From Leptolyngbyales cyanobacterium (GTDB lineage Bacteria; Cyanobacteriota; Cyanobacteriia; Leptolyngbyales; Leptolyngbyaceae): a stretch of 64,000 bases of DNA. Positions 49,994-59,280 of this stretch are shown here, piece by piece. The notes beneath the pieces are model-generated. The model searched no databases. It was not told where the DNA came from and saw only the letters and a list, made by a program, of their open reading frames with translations. The translations under genes and the position numbers were made by a program. Where the stretch lies: contig JBBRPT010000006.1 in assembly GCA_038227635.1 (NCBI GenBank), positions 1 through 64,000 of the forward strand, in the 5' to 3' direction. Positions within the stretch are counted from its first letter, which is position 1; the number at the start of each line of letters is the position of its first letter.

Positions 49994-51364
49994 TTACCGC
50001 CTGCCGAGAATGCGGTAGAAATTATCGGTAATGGTTTGAGGAGTGGCAAGTTGGCGATCGAGGGCAAACCTCGCCGCACTGATCATAAAACGGACGGGAA
50101 TGGTACCGGGATCTTGTCCGGCGGCAAGTCGCTGTCCTGCCAATTCCACCATCGCCATTTGCTGAGGTCCGAAGGGGATTGCCTGGGCCAGAGACTTGTT
50201 GCCAAACTGACGATACGGTTGAAAAACCATCGTATCTACGACCATTTCGGCAGCCGGATAAAAGGTTTTCATGAAATCAGGGGGAATGTCGTTGGGCGTG
50301 ACTCTGGGATAGAGCCGTTGCCAGATCCGCGTCAGATCCGCCGCCATTTTGTCAAACCCCATGCGGCGCAGCAAAATCAGGTTGATCAGCGTTCGCAGAT
50401 AGGGCGTGGGATGGACGGACATGCCGCTAAATTGAACCGTGCTGGCGGGCGATCGCCCCACCACATCCATCAACGATTCCACCGCAGCCGGACCACCCAA
50501 AACCAGAGCAAACATATCTGCCATGGTTTCTTTGTGCCAGCGTGCCCAGACCTGGGCGACCTGGGCAGGAAATTTACCTTCGGTGGTCAGGCGTTGATAG
50601 AGGCGGGCAGGGATTTCTTCCCACAATCCCAAATCTGCCTGAAGATTATGCGACACCTCATGCAGAATGCTAGAGAGTGCCCAGACATTATCTAATCGAT
50701 GTTGCGGCAACATGATCAGCGGAAACGGATTGGGATTGCGTCGCAGACGCATAATCGGCACCCCCCGACGAAAGGTTGCCGGACTAAAGCCACTGTTGGC
50801 ATAGCTAAACGGCAGCAAACTGGGCGTGGGTTGAGCCGTTCCCAGACCTACGTAGAGGTCTTCATAGCAATTGGCACAGATGCGATCGACCGATCGTAAG
50901 CGTTCGCCAAAATTAGAGAGCCGCTGGATGAATAAATCGAAGTAAAAATCCCAAATGCCTTCGACATAAAGCACCTGGCTGCCCACCTTCTGCTTGCGCT
51001 CTAACAACACTTGCAGGCGGCTGGTGGTGGGTTCTCGGCGGGCAGCGGCAGCGGCAGCTTCCACCCAGCGAGACATTTCGACTAATTGACTGCGGAATTG
51101 GTCAATGAATCGATTCACCGCTTCAATATGTGCCTCGCTTGGAGCCGCCACCCCGCTGCCAAACTCATCATTACGAAAAGGACGCAGCGATTTGGCATGG
51201 CGGGTAAGGTTAATCGACTGAATATTCAGCCAGTTATCCAGCAGGAGCCGTTCACTGGCGGTGGTTGCTCCTTTCATCACCGTTGCAGTCGCTTGCGCTG
51301 GGGCAGCAACTTTAGAATCTGAAGGCGAGTGTTGAGGCGGGGCAGAAGAGTTTGCCATGATCAC
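49994..51364 (-). CDS. Uncharacterised protein C with HExxH zinc-metallopeptidase-like motif
   Basis: ILHEVSHNLQADLGLWEE: HExxH with a downstream Glu. 456 aa. Confidence 0.55.
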   Translation of the reverse strand: MIMANSSAPPQHSPSDSKVAAPAQATATVMKGATTASERLLLDNWLNIQSINLTRHAKSLRPFRNDEFGSGVAAPSEAHIEAVNRFIDQFRSQLVEMSRWVEAAAAAARREPTTSRLQVLLERKQKVGSQVLYVEGIWDFYFDLFIQRLSNFGERLRSVDRICANCYEDLYVGLGTAQPTPSLLPFSYANSGFSPATFRRGVPIMRLRRNPNPFPLIMLPQHRLDNVWALSSILHEVSHNLQADLGLWEEIPARLYQRLTTEGKFPAQVAQVWARWHKETMADMFALVLGGPAAVESLMDVVGRSPASTVQFSGMSVHPTPYLRTLINLILLRRMGFDKMAADLTRIWQRLYPRVTPNDIPPDFMKTFYPAAEMVVDTMVFQPYRQFGNKSLAQAIPFGPQQMAMVELAGQRLAAGQDPGTIPVRFMISAARFALDRQLATPQTITDNFYRILGRR

Positions 51365-51422
51365 GGCTTCCTGGGGGTCAAAGATTCGTGGCGTTTAGAA
51401 CGCATAGAACGCAGAACAGGGG

Positions 51423-52583
51423 TTAGCGACCTGCCGCAGCACGGCGGCTGGCACACGCCGGACACTGACCATTTCTAGTGGCGGTGGCACGGCGGGGGTT
51501 GGGAGGTGCCGTGCGTTGACGCAGAACGGCATTCCGCACGATCGCCCGTTGCACCAGTTGGGGATTGCTCAACACACGCTGGCTAGCGGCTGCCATTGCC
51601 TTGACTGCCAGAGGACCTGTGATCGGCTGACCGGATTTAGAAGCCGCTTTCAGCGTGGCGATCGTCCGTCGTTGAATGGTGGGTACGGTTCGCAGCAGTT
51701 GCCGCCCGATCGGACCTTGTTGGCGTAACGTCTTCACAAGTTGACTATTTGCCTGTGCCAAAATTGGCATCACCGGACGCAGTGCCCGTCGTCCGCCCAT
51801 AATCGTAATCGTGATCGGCAAGGCTGCGCCCAGGGTAGATTCTGCTTCGGCTTCGGTAGCGGCTTCTGCCGATTGCGCTGCTAGAAATTCGGTCAGTGCC
51901 GCTTCATGGGCGACTTCTGTATTTCCAACTTCGGCTTCCGATTCATTGGTGCCAAAGAATTCTGACTCCATCTGTCCCGCTTCCATTTCCCCTTCTTGAA
52001 CCAGGGCACTGGTGAGTTTGGCGGCAAGGGGTCCTGCGATCGGACCAATGCCCGGAATCAAGGCAGCGAGTTTACCCGCTACGATCGGAGCAAATCGCTT
52101 TGCTAGAGGAGCCGCTACTTTTGCAATCTTACCAATGCCTCGTTTGACCGCACGAAACGCTTTCTTGAAGAAATACTCACCCTCATCTTCGGGATTGGAG
52201 TAAGGATTACTGTAGTGGGCTGCTTCGTGGCTGGTTTCCCATTCATCCTCAAACTCAGGATTGGAGTAAGGATTGGAGTAAGGATTGCTGTAGTGGGCTG
52301 CTTCGTGGCTGGTTTCCCATTCATCCTCAAGCTCAGGATTGCTGTAGTGGGCTGCTTCGTGGCTGGTTTCCCATTCATCCTCAAGCTCAGGATTGCTGTA
52401 AGGATTGCTGTAATGGGCAGCTTCATGGCTGGTTTCCCATTCATCCTCAAACTCAGGATTGCTGTAGTGGGCAGCTTCGTTTTCCCATTCATCCTCAAAC
52501 TCAGGATTGCTGTAAGGATTGCTGTAATGAGCTGCTTCATGGGAAGCAGGAGCCTCAAACATTGCTTGATGTTGCGTTACCAT
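51423..52583 (-). CDS. Acidic tandem-repeat protein B (paralog of A); N-terminal MVTQHQAMFEAPAS
   Basis: Six repeats of EAAHYSNP(YSNP)nE[FL]EDEWETSH. Then a cationic stretch FFKKAFRAVKRGIGKIAKVAAPLAKRFAPIVAGKLAALIPGIGPIAG. Then an Arg-rich C-terminal domain. Confidence 0.6.
   Translation of the reverse strand: MVTQHQAMFEAPASHEAAHYSNPYSNPEFEDEWENEAAHYSNPEFEDEWETSHEAAHYSNPYSNPELEDEWETSHEAAHYSNPELEDEWETSHEAAHYSNPYSNPYSNPEFEDEWETSHEAAHYSNPYSNPEDEGEYFFKKAFRAVKRGIGKIAKVAAPLAKRFAPIVAGKLAALIPGIGPIAGPLAAKLTSALVQEGEMEAGQMESEFFGTNESEAEVGNTEVAHEAALTEFLAAQSAEAATEAEAESTLGAALPITITIMGGRRALRPVMPILAQANSQLVKTLRQQGPIGRQLLRTVPTIQRRTIATLKAASKSGQPITGPLAVKAMAAASQRVLSNPQLVQRAIVRNAVLRQRTAPPNPRRATATRNGQCPACASRRAAAGR
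52190..52560. repeat. Tandem 51-66-bp coding repeats inside gene B
   Basis: Repeated CTCAGGATTGCTGTA(AGGATTGCTGTA)GTGGGCTGCTTCGTGGCTGGTTTCCCATTCATCCTCAA units. ORFs 52115..52558(-) and 52215..52589(+) are off-frame readings of these repeats. Confidence 0.85.
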
Positions 52584-52664
52584 TCGTAAAACTCTCCTTG
52601 TGAATTAGGGTGGGAGTACGTGTCAAGGGTTGAACCCCGATCGGGGCATTCCTGCTGCTTCAGG

Positions 52665-53555
52665 TCAAGCGGCAGCAACGGCTCGTTGTCGGATCACCGC
52701 GTTGCGAATCATTGCCTGCCTGACCATTTGGGCGTTCCCAAAAACGCGGGCAGCATGAGCCGCTATGACTCGTCGAACCAGCGTTGCCGTGATCGAACGA
52801 CCCAATCGCGGTGCCGCTCGTAAACTTGCGATCGTTCGCCGTAGAATCGTGGGAATCAGTCGGAGTAAGCGTCGCCCTGCCGTACCGCGTCGATGCAGTA
52901 AATGGACTAAATGGGCAGTTGCGGCAATCAACACAGGCATCAGCGATCGCAGCCGTCGTCTGCCCCCCGCACTCCGCACTGCGATCGGAACCACCGTGCC
53001 AATTAAAGCCGATGCTTCACTGGGATTGCGACTGTGGCTCGCTTCTGCCGCCAATACCTCGGTCAAAGCAGCTTCTTGAGCGGCTTCTGAATCACTCGCT
53101 TCGGCTTCTGCTGCATAAAGACCAAAGAATTCTGCTTCCAGATACTCTGTTTCCAGATCACCTTCTTGAAGCAAAATGCTGATGAATCTGCGCGCCATCG
53201 GAGTTGAAACTAACCCCGATCGAGGAGTCGCTCCAAGCAGCGTTCGGGCGACGATCGGAGCTAGATGTTGGGCAAACGGTGCAGTTACTCTCGCAACTTG
53301 CCGAATGCCTTGAAGGGCTTGTCTAAAGGAAAACTCTGCTTCCCACTCACTTGCCATTTCGGTATGAGGGTAATGCGAAGCTTCCTGGGTTTCCCATTCG
53401 TATTCGTCCCCCCGATAGGAGTAAGGTCGAGAATCGTGAGTTGTTCTGAACATCTCCCATTCATCGGGTCGTTGCGGATGAGAATAGTGAGTTGCTTCAA
53501 ACAGGTTATTGCTATTACCTAGTCCTTTTCCATTAGTATTCGCGTATCCACTCAT
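52665..53555 (-). CDS. Acidic-repeat protein A (paralog of B), first gene of the block
   Basis: N-terminal degenerate HYS.P...DEWE repeats (…NNLFEATHYSHPQRPDEWEMF…). Shares conserved APFAQHLAPIVA, LQEGD...EAEFFG and Arg-rich C-terminal domain with B. Confidence 0.55.
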   Translation of the reverse strand: MSGYANTNGKGLGNSNNLFEATHYSHPQRPDEWEMFRTTHDSRPYSYRGDEYEWETQEASHYPHTEMASEWEAEFSFRQALQGIRQVARVTAPFAQHLAPIVARTLLGATPRSGLVSTPMARRFISILLQEGDLETEYLEAEFFGLYAAEAEASDSEAAQEAALTEVLAAEASHSRNPSEASALIGTVVPIAVRSAGGRRRLRSLMPVLIAATAHLVHLLHRRGTAGRRLLRLIPTILRRTIASLRAAPRLGRSITATLVRRVIAAHAARVFGNAQMVRQAMIRNAVIRQRAVAAA

Positions 53556-53759
53556 TAGAGTGTTCTCCCAGCATAGGCGGTTGAACTAATATGACGTTCG
53601 TCTTATATATAACAGGTGTCACTTCTAGAGTTACAGTCCCTTTCTCAAGGGTCGCTAATGGTTGGTAGCACAAACGAGCGTCACTCATTTAGGGGGCTTG
53701 GTCTAACTCAACCCCTCCATGCCATTGCATTCGGATCGAGCACGGGCGGCATCCCAGTC

Positions 53760-54300
53760 CCTCTGAAGCAGTGCTCGATAGTCAAAGTGTGAAAAGTGCT
53801 GCCGGGGTTCAGGATGCGGTGGGTTTTAATGGGGCAAGGTGATCAAAGGACGCAAGCGATTTGCCACCGTCGATACTTTAGGCTTGGTCTTGCGCGTGTT
53901 GGTAACAGCCGCCCGTGCTGGGGAATGCGAAGGCAGCAAACAAGTGCTCCAATGAGTCCAGCAACGGGGCAAAGCGGGGTCTCGCCTACATACGATTTGG
54001 GTAGACGGCGGCTTTGACGGCAGTCCCTTCATGCAGTGGGTCATCACGGTCTGTCGGTGGATGGTGCAGGTAGTGCTGCAACCAGAGCAGACTAAAGGGT
54101 TCGTCTTGCTCAAAAAGCGCTGGGTCGTTGAGCGCACAGCCCTGGAGGCGGGTTTCCCTCCGTAGGAGACTGTGTAGAGCGGACTTTTAGTTGATGCACT
54201 GTCGTCGCTTGGTGCACGACTACGAATTGCTGCTAGAAACGTCTGAGACGTTGATCTATCTGGCAATGATTCGGATTATGGTTCGGCGCTTGGCGTAAAT
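53760..54300 (+). pseudogene. IS5-family-like (DDE_Tnp_1) transposase C-terminal remnant, frameshifted
   Basis: IWVDGGFDGSPFMQWVITVCRWMVQVVLQPEQTKGFVLLKKRWVVERT, then in another frame DYELLLETSETLIYLAMIRIMVRRLA(stop). The N-terminal half is absent; truncation is at the edge of the block. Confidence 0.55.
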
Positions 54301-54754
54301 TTTGACCGCTCTATACTTTAAAGCCCCCTCTAACCCAATGGGGCGATTTTCTTTCAGTACCAAGTTTCCCAGTATATACTTAATTAGCGTTGCTCTAAGC
54401 AATCGGTAGCCCGGTTGAAAAATCACACTTTAATCTCTCAGGACTTAACGTCAGAGCGTTGCTGAGCGATGCTATGGATTCGCCCCTCAACCCTATTCTG
54501 GAGGACTTCTGGACTTTCAAAGTTCCCCAGAATGGGGGATTTATAGGGCTTCCAAGAGTGCGGCGACTCAACAACTCATATCTGCATCCAGCAACGCCAA
54601 CGTCAGTTCAAACTGTTACTGTTCATTTCAAAATACTCGAAAGGTCTATCAGTATTTGCATTACCCATCGCGCTGCTCGCTTCATTAAAGTCTTTACGGT
54701 TCTCTTCTAACTCGCTCTCGAAGCATCGCGTTCTAGCTGCTTAAGGAGATACAA

Positions 54755-55168
54755 ATGGATGCTAATAATGACGAAAATCTGAGTTCAGATCCTCAAAATT
54801 TTCTGTCTTTAGACCAAGAAATTTTGCTGAACTGTTTAGTGAAAAAGGTTTCTCAAGCTGAACCTTTGAAACGTCTTCAAGCGGCTGAAGAAACGGTTAA
54901 CGAAATCATAATCGAATCTGACATTGATGGAACGCATTATTATCTTGTTCGGTGTACACCAAAGTCTGCTCTCCAAGTTAATTTGAGTCCGCGTGAGTTT
55001 GCGATCGCTCGCCTAGTTGCTCAAGGGTTTCCAAACAAATGTGTTGGTAATCAGCTCAACATTAGCCCTTGGACTGTTGCGACTCATGTCCGTCGTATTT
55101 TTGCTAAGCTAAGCGTCAATTCAAGGACGGCAATGGTATCAAAGCTGATGGAAGCAGGTTTGTTGTAG
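54755..55168 (+). CDS. LuxR-family HTH transcriptional regulator (no receiver domain)
   Basis: C-terminal LSPREFAIARLVAQGFPNKCVGNQLNISPWTVATHVRRIFAKL. Confidence 0.7.
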   Translation: MDANNDENLSSDPQNFLSLDQEILLNCLVKKVSQAEPLKRLQAAEETVNEIIIESDIDGTHYYLVRCTPKSALQVNLSPREFAIARLVAQGFPNKCVGNQLNISPWTVATHVRRIFAKLSVNSRTAMVSKLMEAGLL

Positions 55169-55361
55169 AAACGAAAGTGTCAGAATTAAAGCTTGGCTAT
55201 TGGGCGAAATTCACTGTCTCTGATAGTCTAGGGACTCACCTAAAACTGAATCCCCATCCCGCTTTGATGAACTGTCTCCATTGTAATTCATCGCTCACCA
55301 CTCAACTGAAACGCACCACCAGTCTCAGCCATAGCGGTTCTCAGTCTAGTCATCGATTTAG

Positions 55362-55907
<546 letters not shown>

Positions 55908-56120
55908 GCGCCCGCTTTCGCCCACTCAACTTCAAACCCCTTCATCTGAGGACACCTAAACGCCTTATAGGGAAATCTTTTTGGGCGAAACCGTAACTTT
56001 CTGTTCAAATGCGCCCGCTAGTCCAAATTGAGCCTCCCCACCCTATCATTTTTGCGACAGAACCCTATACCTTAGGGTTGTGCAAAGAACCCCTTTCTCG
56101 CGCAAATCTTCGAGAACCCA

Positions 56121-57254
56121 TCACAGCAAAGATTGGAGTTGCTGGAGGTCTGCCAATGCAGCTACTAATGCAGTTTGACGGATCTCTGAAGAGAGTTCAG
56201 GATGCTTCACAACATAGGAAATCTGGGTCTGTAACTGATCTAACCCTATTCTGAGGTCGGGCATTTCGTCCTTATGGACAGGACAGAATGCCGCAGGTAG
56301 GTGAGTATCGTGATCAATAGAGGTTGCCAACACTTGCTCAATGTTTAGCCCCAACTGCTGAAGGGTTCGCTGAAGGGTTTCGATCACGCCATGCATCTCG
56401 ATCGGATCAAACACGCGCAAAATGCTGGTCTGAGTAACAATCCCTAAGTTTTGCCCCCAGTTCCAAGACACTACTAATCGTCGCACTTGGCGGTCTGCCA
56501 TCACTTGGTGAGCCGTCCAAAGAGAGTCTTCAGGACTCAGCACAAATAGCGGCGTACTCATCACCGTTTGAGCGAGAGTTTTGCGAACATCCAATCCAAG
56601 TGCCTGAAAATGAACGATATCCCGTTCGGTGACAATGCCAACAGGCTGTTGAACCAAATCGTCTGGGTTTGACGGTTCAACAATGACGATACAGCTAATT
56701 TGATGCGTCGCCATCAATTCAGTTAATTGCACAATAGGCGTGTTGGGTCGTGCCACAATCACCTGTTTGGTCATGACCTCGGCAACTCGTCGGATTTTGA
56801 GGAGGTTTGTGGGTCGCAGAATGTGGCGAATGCTCTCGATCGAGACGACTCCAATCAAACGCTGCTGATCATTGGCGATCACCAAATGACGAATGCGATG
56901 GCGACGAAACAGAAACAATGCCGCAAAGATATCGTGTAATGCCTGTTCAGACATTGAGAGCACGGGATGGTGCATTACCTCACAAATTTTTGTAGTGTGA
57001 AGGTCAGTGCCAACAGCAGTCAACTGCACCAAGTCGCGCTCGGTAAAAATGCCCTGTAGTGTTTCGCCCTGCATGACTAATACACAACTCGATCGCGCAC
57101 CATGAAGAGGATCAGTGCGGTAAATCTGTGCCGTTTCATTCATCAAACTCACTACGTCCACCAAGCAGGCATCGGGGGAGACGATTAGGGGATGACGATC
57201 GATCGCTTCAGCGAGAGGAGGAGTGCCTACTGAATAGTCGAAACCCACGGTCAT
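56121..57254 (-). CDS. CBS-domain protein (two CBS pairs)
   Basis: Four CBS-like segments, for example VSPDACLVDVVSLM and VMTKQVIVARPNTPIVQLTELM. 377 aa. Confidence 0.75.
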   Translation of the reverse strand: MTVGFDYSVGTPPLAEAIDRHPLIVSPDACLVDVVSLMNETAQIYRTDPLHGARSSCVLVMQGETLQGIFTERDLVQLTAVGTDLHTTKICEVMHHPVLSMSEQALHDIFAALFLFRRHRIRHLVIANDQQRLIGVVSIESIRHILRPTNLLKIRRVAEVMTKQVIVARPNTPIVQLTELMATHQISCIVIVEPSNPDDLVQQPVGIVTERDIVHFQALGLDVRKTLAQTVMSTPLFVLSPEDSLWTAHQVMADRQVRRLVVSWNWGQNLGIVTQTSILRVFDPIEMHGVIETLQRTLQQLGLNIEQVLATSIDHDTHLPAAFCPVHKDEMPDLRIGLDQLQTQISYVVKHPELSSEIRQTALVAALADLQQLQSLL

Positions 57255-57358
57255 AAAATCTGATCTAACTTAATGGATAATGAGTCAAAGATACAAGCCT
57301 TCAGAATAAAATTTCTGCTCCATCCACCACTGAACTGGGTGTTAAGGATTAAAACTTT

Positions 57359-57772
57359 CTAAACTTTTGGAGTGGACAAATCTGTCTGAGGAGGTGATTC
57401 TAACCCTTTGAGTCTGGGAGTGCGTCCATAGAGGCGATCGAGCACCCGTTTGATCGAGATGCGCTGCCATTGCTGTCCACGCTTGGTGCTGTAGCCCTGC
57501 CGATTTAGCCAGTCTGCCACTTGCTGAAGCGACTTGCCTGACTTGTGATGACGGCGGATTAAATCAATGATCTGCTGCTCGGTGGGGTCTTCGATTAGTT
57601 CACCGTCGAGCGATCGCTGCCCAAACGCAGGTGAGCCATAGCCGACATAGCCTCCCTGAGCCGCTTTCTCTTTGCGCCCTTGCTCTAATCGTTCCCACAC
57701 CTCACGATCTTGAAAATTTTCGCCCATGTGTTTGTGCTGTAGGTCACCTGACTCTAAGCATATCTCTACCAA
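57359..57772 (-). CDS. Recombinase-domain fragment (large serine recombinase family remnant)
   Basis: GGYVGYGSPAFGQR...QQIIDLIRRHHKSGKSLQQVADWLNRQGYSTKRGQQWQRISIKRVLDR resembles the 'recombinase' domain. No catalytic N-terminal domain is present. Confidence 0.45.
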   Translation of the reverse strand: MVEICLESGDLQHKHMGENFQDREVWERLEQGRKEKAAQGGYVGYGSPAFGQRSLDGELIEDPTEQQIIDLIRRHHKSGKSLQQVADWLNRQGYSTKRGQQWQRISIKRVLDRLYGRTPRLKGLESPPQTDLSTPKV

Positions 57773-57793
57773 GCGATCGTGAAGCGTTTGCTG

Positions 57794-58315
57794 TTAATGA
57801 ACAAAAGTCTTGAGGAGGGATTTAGCTCGATCGATGTCCTGTGAGGTTCCTTCCACAATCAGCAAAACACGGCCGCTAGAAATCTGCTGACTGTAGGCTT
57901 TGGCTTGCTCTGAGGTCAGCCCTAAACCAATAAGTGCGCCCGTCAATCCACCCGCAGCCGTGCCAATCCCGCCGCTTAGTAGGACAAAGGCGATCGCAGA
58001 CGATAGCACCAGCGAACCCACGCCCGGCAGGGCAATCAACCCAGCGCCTAACAACAACCCAGTTACGCCGCCTGCAAGATTGCCGATTAAGAGTCCTTTC
58101 TTGAGTCCTGTTGCGGTGCCTGTCACTGCTCCATAAGCATCAGCAGGGAGTTTAGGGAACGTTGGGTAATTCTCGTCTAGTCCGTGACCCAGTAAGAAAA
58201 TCTGCGCGATCGACAAGCCCGACAGAACGAGGTGGTCGAACGCTTGTCCTGCCGCTTCACGACTAGAAAACGTTTTGATCACCTGTCTATGCTGGGTTAG
58301 AACAGTGTTTAACAT
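57794..58315 (-). CDS. Glycine-zipper general-stress-type membrane protein (DUF1269-like)
   Basis: N-terminal YflT-like segment (VIKTFSSREAAGQAFDHLVLSG). GxxxG-rich TM region (GLLLGAGLIALPGVGS...GGIGTAAGGLTGALIGLGL). Confidence 0.5.
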   Translation of the reverse strand: MLNTVLTQHRQVIKTFSSREAAGQAFDHLVLSGLSIAQIFLLGHGLDENYPTFPKLPADAYGAVTGTATGLKKGLLIGNLAGGVTGLLLGAGLIALPGVGSLVLSSAIAFVLLSGGIGTAAGGLTGALIGLGLTSEQAKAYSQQISSGRVLLIVEGTSQDIDRAKSLLKTFVH

Positions 58316-58498
58316 TAGCTGATTCTTAGAAATTAGGTTTATTCTGTATTTTTCACTACCATTTTACCTATTTCTTTAACAAAAAAAGGGCAATTTGGTA
58401 AGTGTCAGAAAATTTTGACAAAAAAACGATCGCAGGTCAGGAGTAGCTAACCCACGATCGTACCAAAACAGAAAACCCTAATTTTGGCGGTTTGATGT

Positions 58499-58822
58499 CT
58501 ACCGCCGAGGCGCATACATGATGACTAAAACGCCTAGAAGTGCCAGCCATGCCCCCAACCAGTCGTATTTATCGGGTGCAGTTTTCTCGACAACCCAGCC
58601 CCACAGCAGCGACAGTACGATAAATACGCCGCCGTAGGCTGCGTAGGCACGGCTAAAACTAGCGGGTTGCAGCGTTGGCAGCACGCCATAAATGGCGAGA
58701 ACAATGACTCCAATCAGGGCAAGCCAAGGGCTTTTCCCTTCGCGTAGCCACAGCCAGAATAGATAGCCGCCGCCAATCTCGCAGAATCCAGCCAGCACAA
58801 AAAAGAAGAGGGATTGAACCAT
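58499..58822 (-). CDS. YnfA/UPF0060 family small membrane protein
   Basis: 107 aa, 4 TM helices, [19 protein letters not shown] motif. Confidence 0.72.
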   Translation of the reverse strand: MVQSLFFFVLAGFCEIGGGYLFWLWLREGKSPWLALIGVIVLAIYGVLPTLQPASFSRAYAAYGGVFIVLSLLWGWVVEKTAPDKYDWLGAWLALLGVLVIMYAPRR

Positions 58823-58824
58823 TT

Positions 58825-59220
58825 CTAAGGGCGTTGCTCACTGAGGGTAGCGGGTTCCTCGATCGTCAAGGCGGCTTCGTTTTCCTCGCTTGTCCGAATG
58901 CGAATCGCTCTGCTCACCGGAATCACGAACAATTTACCATCGCCAACGGTGTCTGTTCTTGCCGTTTTGACGATGGTATCGACTACGGCATCGGTGAGAT
59001 CGTCATTTACAACCATTTCAATTCTGATTTTGGGCACGAAATCAACAGTGAAGGGTTTACCTTCCATGTTCAGCAGTCCGAGAAAAGCCAATGGACGACC
59101 TTTTTGCCGCCCAAAGCCTTTTGCGCCTGTGACAGTCATGCCCTGAATTCCGAGTTTGACTAAAGCTTCCTTTACGGCATCCAGTTTATTGGGCTGGATA
59201 ATGGCAAGAATTAAATTCAT
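58825..59220 (-). CDS. P-II-like signal transduction protein with extended T-loop
   Basis: P-II fold signatures ([48 protein letters not shown]). The T-loop is about 8 residues longer than in GlnB. About 25-residue C-terminal extension. Confidence 0.78.
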   Translation of the reverse strand: MNLILAIIQPNKLDAVKEALVKLGIQGMTVTGAKGFGRQKGRPLAFLGLLNMEGKPFTVDFVPKIRIEMVVNDDLTDAVVDTIVKTARTDTVGDGKLFVIPVSRAIRIRTSEENEAALTIEEPATLSEQRP

Positions 59221-59280
59221 GATTACTGATAGCAATGGACAGATAGTTGAGGGTCGATGCAAGAGTGTGCTGAACTCTAA

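Noticed and set aside
52115-52589. ORFs 52115..52558(-) and 52215..52589(+) with highly repetitive translations
   Set aside because: They are off-frame or opposite-strand readings of the 51-66-bp tandem repeats inside gene B (51423..52583). Only the B frame has a start, an RBS context and a non-repetitive continuation.
56009-56254. 81-aa plus-strand ORF upstream of/overlapping the end of the CBS gene
   Set aside because: No RBS and low-complexity translation. It partly overlaps the convergent CBS-domain gene terminus.
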